DNA from: a virus
Lineage: Duplodnaviria; Heunggongvirae; Uroviricota; Caudoviricetes
IMG/VR virus record: IMGVR_UViG_3300031687_001264
Strand: one strand, 5' to 3'
Length of the DNA: 64,000 nucleotides
Each line of letters begins with the position of its first letter. Positions within the stretch are counted from its first letter, which is position 1. The notes beneath the pieces were generated by a model that was given only the letters and a program-made list of their open reading frames with translations, had not been told where the DNA came from and did not search any database. The position numbers were made by a program, and so were the translations under genes. Shown here one piece after another: positions 59,753 through 64,000 of the stretch.

Positions 59753-60220
59753 CTAGTCATTAAATATCTTTAGCACTTTGTCAGCAATATCTGCTTCAAC
59801 GGGAACTGGAATAGTTACATCGCGATTATCGTTGTAATCATCGACATTAGTATTTATACCCTCGTAGTACGATTTGTATGCTGCTATGATTGATTTTTGC
59901 TCTGCTACTAATTTTAATATATCGGCATTATTCAGACTTAAATTTTCGTACCCAATATCAGTTAATGCAAATAAGGCAATATTACTGTTTACTTTTTGTA
60001 ACTCTAACATCACTTCATCCATATTAGCAAGCGTCACTATCACGAAATCTACATCACGCAATTCCAACACAGTAGCATCTGGTAATATTAAATTAGGCTT
60101 GTCAATGGGTGCTGATTGGTATGTAACTGTCTTTGGTACAGATGAACAACTACTTAGGAATATAGTTGGGATTAGCAATGTCAGGACAACTGCTATTCGT
60201 TTGACTTTTCTTAACTGCAT
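59753..60220 (-). CDS. outer-membrane lipoprotein, possible o-spanin
   Basis: Lipobox LSSC. Overlaps the 3' end of the upstream transmembrane and coiled-coil gene. Confidence 0.4.
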   Translation of the reverse strand: MQLRKVKRIAVVLTLLIPTIFLSSCSSVPKTVTYQSAPIDKPNLILPDATVLELRDVDFVIVTLANMDEVMLELQKVNSNIALFALTDIGYENLSLNNADILKLVAEQKSIIAAYKSYYEGINTNVDDYNDNRDVTIPVPVEADIADKVLKIFND

Positions 60221-60620
60221 TTAATTCTTCCTTTGTTAGTGGTGAACCACTTACTATCTCAAAACATCTTAGCACATCTTTAGTGCCATTGTCAACAATC
60301 TTCTCTACTAATCCAGGCTTTGCTTCTGCTAATGCACCTAGTTCATGTCTACTTAATTTAGCCTGTAGATCTTTAACTCGTAGGTTCGCTTGTTGAAATT
60401 TAGTAGTCACAACCGAAAACTGTGCTTTAACATTTATCAAATCAACTTGTACTGCTTTCAATGCCGTATCAGTGGATTGTCGTGCTTGTTCCGATTGTGC
60501 TGCACTGACTGCATATGCTTGAATTTGTGCTTGGGTATATTTATAATATTGCCATGCACCATAACCAACTGCGCCGAAGATCACTGCTGCTATTAGATAT
60601 ATTTTAATACGTGAAAACAT
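60150..60620 (-). CDS. N-terminal transmembrane plus coiled-coil protein, possible i-spanin
   Basis: Transmembrane helix then coiled coil. Overlapped architecture with the lipoprotein gene. Confidence 0.4.
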   Translation of the reverse strand: MFSRIKIYLIAAVIFGAVGYGAWQYYKYTQAQIQAYAVSAAQSEQARQSTDTALKAVQVDLINVKAQFSVVTTKFQQANLRVKDLQAKLSRHELGALAEAKPGLVEKIVDNGTKDVLRCFEIVSGSPLTKEELNAVKKSQTNSSCPDIANPNYIPK

Positions 60621-60841
60621 TATTTGTTCCTATATACGATTCTACATTTTGTCAAATCATATGGTGATATTTCTACTTCAACGTTATCATCTAGAAGTAC
60701 ATTGATATTCATTTTTCGCATCTTACCACTCAAGTGTGCTAGAAGAATATGTTGATTCGCTTCTAACTTAACTCTAAATTGGGCATTTGGTAGGCACTCG
60801 GTTACAGTGCCCGTTACTCTTATTGTTTCTTCCTTAGCCAT
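60620..60841 (-). CDS. infA: translation initiation factor IF-1
   Basis: [13 protein letters not shown]...HLSGKMRK...[15 protein letters not shown]. 73 aa, close to bacterial InfA. Confidence 0.9.
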   Translation of the reverse strand: MAKEETIRVTGTVTECLPNAQFRVKLEANQHILLAHLSGKMRKMNINVLLDDNVEVEISPYDLTKCRIVYRNK

Positions 60842-61341
60842 TAGTAATTAGTTAGAAACTTAATTCGTTCTGATATTACTTTTGCATCTGCATCAGTTGC
60901 AATAACATATTCATAACTTGAGGTGTGTACTGCTTCTTCAAACTCTTCATGTGTCCATTCTTTTGGAATAGTGTCTTTGTAAGAAACAAATTGCCAATAA
61001 GCAACTTCATTGTCAACATTGAGAATGTCTTGCAACATCACATCAATTAACTTGAATAGGAAACTGTTACGATTGTATTCAACAAATACCGTGTATTTTC
61101 CTTCTGGTGTAGGACCCACTGATACATCAACATCTATTGCATCTTTGTGCCCAGTCTCTATGAACTGACTAAGATCTGAGGCTGCTTCAATATGATCAAC
61201 TTCAAGTGCGACTACAACAATGTTCTTGTCATCTCCAATCTTACTTTTGTATTGATCAATACTAACCACATTGCTTACAAGACCACGTAGATCATTGTAC
61301 TGCATTGCTTCATTAAGTGTCGTCTGATATGATTGCATCAT
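60841..61341 (-). CDS. hypothetical protein
   Basis: ORF only. Confidence 0.45.
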   Translation of the reverse strand: MMQSYQTTLNEAMQYNDLRGLVSNVVSIDQYKSKIGDDKNIVVVALEVDHIEAASDLSQFIETGHKDAIDVDVSVGPTPEGKYTVFVEYNRNSFLFKLIDVMLQDILNVDNEVAYWQFVSYKDTIPKEWTHEEFEEAVHTSSYEYVIATDADAKVISERIKFLTNY

Positions 61342-61834
61342 CGTCTCCTAAATTTTGATCATATGCTTGCTCGACTGAATGACTATCAAACTGCATATCA
61401 TCTACTTTCACACGACTTGTCTCAACTGTATCGATTAAACCACGTGGTACTTCAAGCGTAACCAACCATACTGGACGTTCAATCTTCTTTGCTCTACGCT
61501 TGTTCGAATGATTTGGGTCTATCTCAGTATCTTCTGGCTCGATTAATTTTGCTGCTGTAGTAAGTGTATCTTTTGTATAGAATACCTTACAACCATTGTT
61601 AAGCAATCGTTCTGCTCCAGTAGGATCTGGCATCATCTTATGCGGATATAACAAAGTCACTGTTACCCAATAACGCTCGATATGCGGACCGTCTACGATT
61701 TCGCCTTCAATCCAGTTCTTATATGCATACACATTTAATGACTCTAATACACCATCAATTTGCATTAATGTTTCTAATGCCGAATTTCGCTTGATGTTCT
61801 TACCCAACTGGGCAATGATGTCTGTTTGTTCCAT
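61313..61834 (-). CDS. hypothetical protein
   Basis: ACTAAATACT upstream. Confidence 0.45.
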   Translation of the reverse strand: MEQTDIIAQLGKNIKRNSALETLMQIDGVLESLNVYAYKNWIEGEIVDGPHIERYWVTVTLLYPHKMMPDPTGAERLLNNGCKVFYTKDTLTTAAKLIEPEDTEIDPNHSNKRRAKKIERPVWLVTLEVPRGLIDTVETSRVKVDDMQFDSHSVEQAYDQNLGDDDAIISDDT

Positions 61835-61997
61835 AGTATTCTCCTAACTATTAATATAACAGTATTTAGTCTTTTTTATTAATTGACTTACTGTATATTA
61901 ATTATATATGTTGTTAATGTGAGCATTAAAAAAATGCTAAATAATAGTGTACGAGCAAGTATGAGGCACACTCACTAAAACTTAAAAGGAGTTTTTA

Positions 61998-62738
61998 ATG
62001 GCCAGACGAGCAAGAAAAACAAAAAACCAACAACGTCAAGATCACGATGTTAAACAGGACGTTATTCAACTTAATGGAATGAAGCGCAGAGAGCGATTCG
62101 TTACCATGATTCCAAAAAACCGCAGACAAGAAGACTACATCGAATTACTCGATGACAACAATAGACACATAGTATTCGCAATGGGACCAGCGGGAACAGG
62201 AAAAACCATGCTAGCAGTTTTAGCCGCTATTCGAGCATTCAAAGCAGGCACATGTGAAAAAATAGTCATTACACGACCCGCAGTTAGTGTAGACGAACAA
62301 CACGGCTTTCTTCCAGGCAGTCTAGTAGAAAAAATGGCTCCATGGACTCGACCAATATTCGACGTATTTGAAGAATATTGGACACCACAAGAAATCGAAA
62401 GTATGGTAGAAGATGGCGTTATCGAAGTCGCACCACTCGCATACATGAGAGGACGCACATTTAAAAATGCATGGATCATCGGAGATGAAATGCAAAACGC
62501 CACACCAAGTCAAATGAAAATGCTTCTAACACGTATCGGCACAAATAGTCGCATCTTCGTAACAGGCGATCTCGCACAGCACGATAGAGGGTTTGAAGCG
62601 AACGGTCTAAAAGACTTTTTAATCCGACTTAAAGAACAAAAAAGTGATATGATCGGTGTCATTGAATTCGAAAAACAAGACATAGAACGACATATCGTAG
62701 TACAAGCCATATTAACAATTTATGGTGATGAAGACTAA
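61998..62738 (+). CDS. phoH: PhoH-like ATPase
   Basis: GPAGTGKT and the PhoH block AYMRGRTF. RBS aaggag. Confidence 0.85.
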   Translation: MARRARKTKNQQRQDHDVKQDVIQLNGMKRRERFVTMIPKNRRQEDYIELLDDNNRHIVFAMGPAGTGKTMLAVLAAIRAFKAGTCEKIVITRPAVSVDEQHGFLPGSLVEKMAPWTRPIFDVFEEYWTPQEIESMVEDGVIEVAPLAYMRGRTFKNAWIIGDEMQNATPSQMKMLLTRIGTNSRIFVTGDLAQHDRGFEANGLKDFLIRLKEQKSDMIGVIEFEKQDIERHIVVQAILTIYGDED

Positions 62739-63311
62739 TTAACCGAGGATTTCCTCGACTATATCTGCCCAAGTACTCGCTCGTACTATTCTTTCATCAC
62801 TATATGCAGCATTATGAGGATGGTCAATTAAAATTGATTTCAATCCCAAATCTGCGCCCAACACAGCATTAGACCACTTATCCTCAATCCAATACATTTC
62901 ACTACCGCGATAGTGTTCTAGTTCTTCATCTTTATCAGCACCCGTATCAAGGCAGATTACATCAACAAATGCATCACCGTATAACTCTTTCAAGTTGCGA
63001 ACACGCAATGCTTTTGACTTTAGATCTAAACTTAAACTAGTGATTGCAACAAACTTGTAGCCCGCTTCAACCAACTTCGCAATACCAGAACGTGAATCAC
63101 GCATCGCTGGTAAAGATGCCATCCAACCACAGTTGTTAAACTCATGTATTAAACGCTTTCCTTCTGCTTTCTCAATACCATACATAACGGAAATGTCATA
63201 TACTGCAAACTGTTGTTGTACATATCCTTTAGTAGCCATCCATTCTTGGAAAGATGCTTCCCAATCTAGACACACTCCGTCGCAATCTGTCAATATAATT
63301 TTATCTTTCAT
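62739..63311 (-). CDS. HAD-superfamily phosphatase/nucleotidase (putative)
   Basis: Motif I LTDCDGV. Confidence 0.5.
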   Translation of the reverse strand: MKDKIILTDCDGVCLDWEASFQEWMATKGYVQQQFAVYDISVMYGIEKAEGKRLIHEFNNCGWMASLPAMRDSRSGIAKLVEAGYKFVAITSLSLDLKSKALRVRNLKELYGDAFVDVICLDTGADKDEELEHYRGSEMYWIEDKWSNAVLGADLGLKSILIDHPHNAAYSDERIVRASTWADIVEEILG

Positions 63312-63342
63312 AGTCTTGCTCTCTTTATTAACTTATGTAACT

Positions 63343-63371
63343 ATTATATAACAATGAGCCTTACTTGTCAA
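63343..63371 (-). promoter_or_regulatory. sigma70-type early promoter (minus strand)
   Basis: Reverse complement agtgTTGACAAGTAAGGctcattgtTATAAT. Confidence 0.6.
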
Positions 63372-63388
63372 CACTAATTATAATAAGT

Positions 63389-63991
63389 TTACAAATTCTC
63401 ATTCTTTATTTGCTCTTCTTGATCACTCTTAATTGCTTCAAGCCATTCACCAACAAGCCCGGCTTGAGTATTATTAATTGTTTCCCATACTTCTTCATCG
63501 AACACATCTGCTGCTTCATCAACCCATTCATCATCAACATAAGATTCTTCTGTCAACTGTTCAGATTCATTAATGACAAGATGAATGATTTCTTCAGAAA
63601 CATATTCAATCCAATCAGACATGTCATCGCCTTCATATATATCTGCGCCAAAGAAGTTTGGTGCTTCATCCTCATACATAATAGATGTAATAATTTTAGG
63701 ATCATATTCTACAAGAATACCTAGTAGTTTCTGCAACCCCTGTGCTGGCGCTGACCAAGCAGATTCTCCTACGAAATATACATCACCCTCTTCGACAGAG
63801 TAGTCCTCAAAATAACTCCACTTAGGACCTATGTTATTGGTAGTCCACTCATACTTTTCTGTCTCTTCATATGTCAGGTCATCCTCAACAAAGATATCAG
63901 AAAACCATTTGTGTGGTGCATCCTCGCGAATACGCCCAAACATCTCTTTCAGTTTTGTTCGTGCATCATCATTGATTTGATGGAATTGCAC
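63389..63991 (-). CDS. hypothetical very acidic protein
   Basis: ORF near the window edge. Confidence 0.45.
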   Translation of the reverse strand: MQFHQINDDARTKLKEMFGRIREDAPHKWFSDIFVEDDLTYEETEKYEWTTNNIGPKWSYFEDYSVEEGDVYFVGESAWSAPAQGLQKLLGILVEYDPKIITSIMYEDEAPNFFGADIYEGDDMSDWIEYVSEEIIHLVINESEQLTEESYVDDEWVDEAADVFDEEVWETINNTQAGLVGEWLEAIKSDQEEQIKNENL

Positions 63992-64000
63992 ATAAAAGTG

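Noticed and set aside
1-64000. CRISPR arrays or tRNA genes
   Set aside because: No repeat-spacer periodicity was seen. Scanning for T-loop-like GGTTCGAATCC or GTTCGA motifs in intergenic DNA found no cloverleaf candidates, but a tRNAscan run would be needed to be sure.

Overview
This window looks like part of a T4-like (Tevenvirinae-type) lytic myophage genome. It is AT-rich and genes are packed in long co-directional blocks with overlapping stop and start codons.

Evidence for the phage assignment:
- a family B DNA polymerase of gp43 type (exonuclease motif FDIETD, polymerase motif YGDTDS)
- a long tail-fibre protein built from internal repeats
- phoH, and free-standing GIY-YIG and T5orf172 genes
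- at least 9 near-identical sigma70-type early promoters with an extended -35 element, TTGACAAGTAA-N-TATAAT
- T4-style late promoters (ATAAATACTATT) ahead of structural genes

Auxiliary genes include prs, iscS-iscU with a ferredoxin-NADP reductase, a class-3 lipase, a small alarmone (ppGpp) hydrolase, an acyl-CoA dehydrogenase, a CobS/MoxR-type ATPase, a pepA-clpA-dnaJ module and infA (IF1).

The stand-out feature is a minus-strand island of about 15.5 kb (17821..33391). It holds seven radical-SAM enzymes. Five are paralogues with a SPASM/twitch-like cysteine-rich domain placed N-terminal to the radical-SAM core, which is the reverse of the usual order. One is a canonical radical-SAM/SPASM protein. 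One is a short radical-SAM enzyme paired with a free-standing SPASM-like protein. The island also carries two Asp/Asn beta-hydroxylase-family 2OG oxygenases, a DegT-like PLP enzyme, an SDR, a secreted SNase-like nuclease, a translationally coupled 38-aa hydrophobic peptide and several proteins of unknown function. Together this looks like a phage-borne modification or biosynthesis system that, as far as I know, has not been described. All functional calls rest on motifs recognised by eye; no database search was possible.
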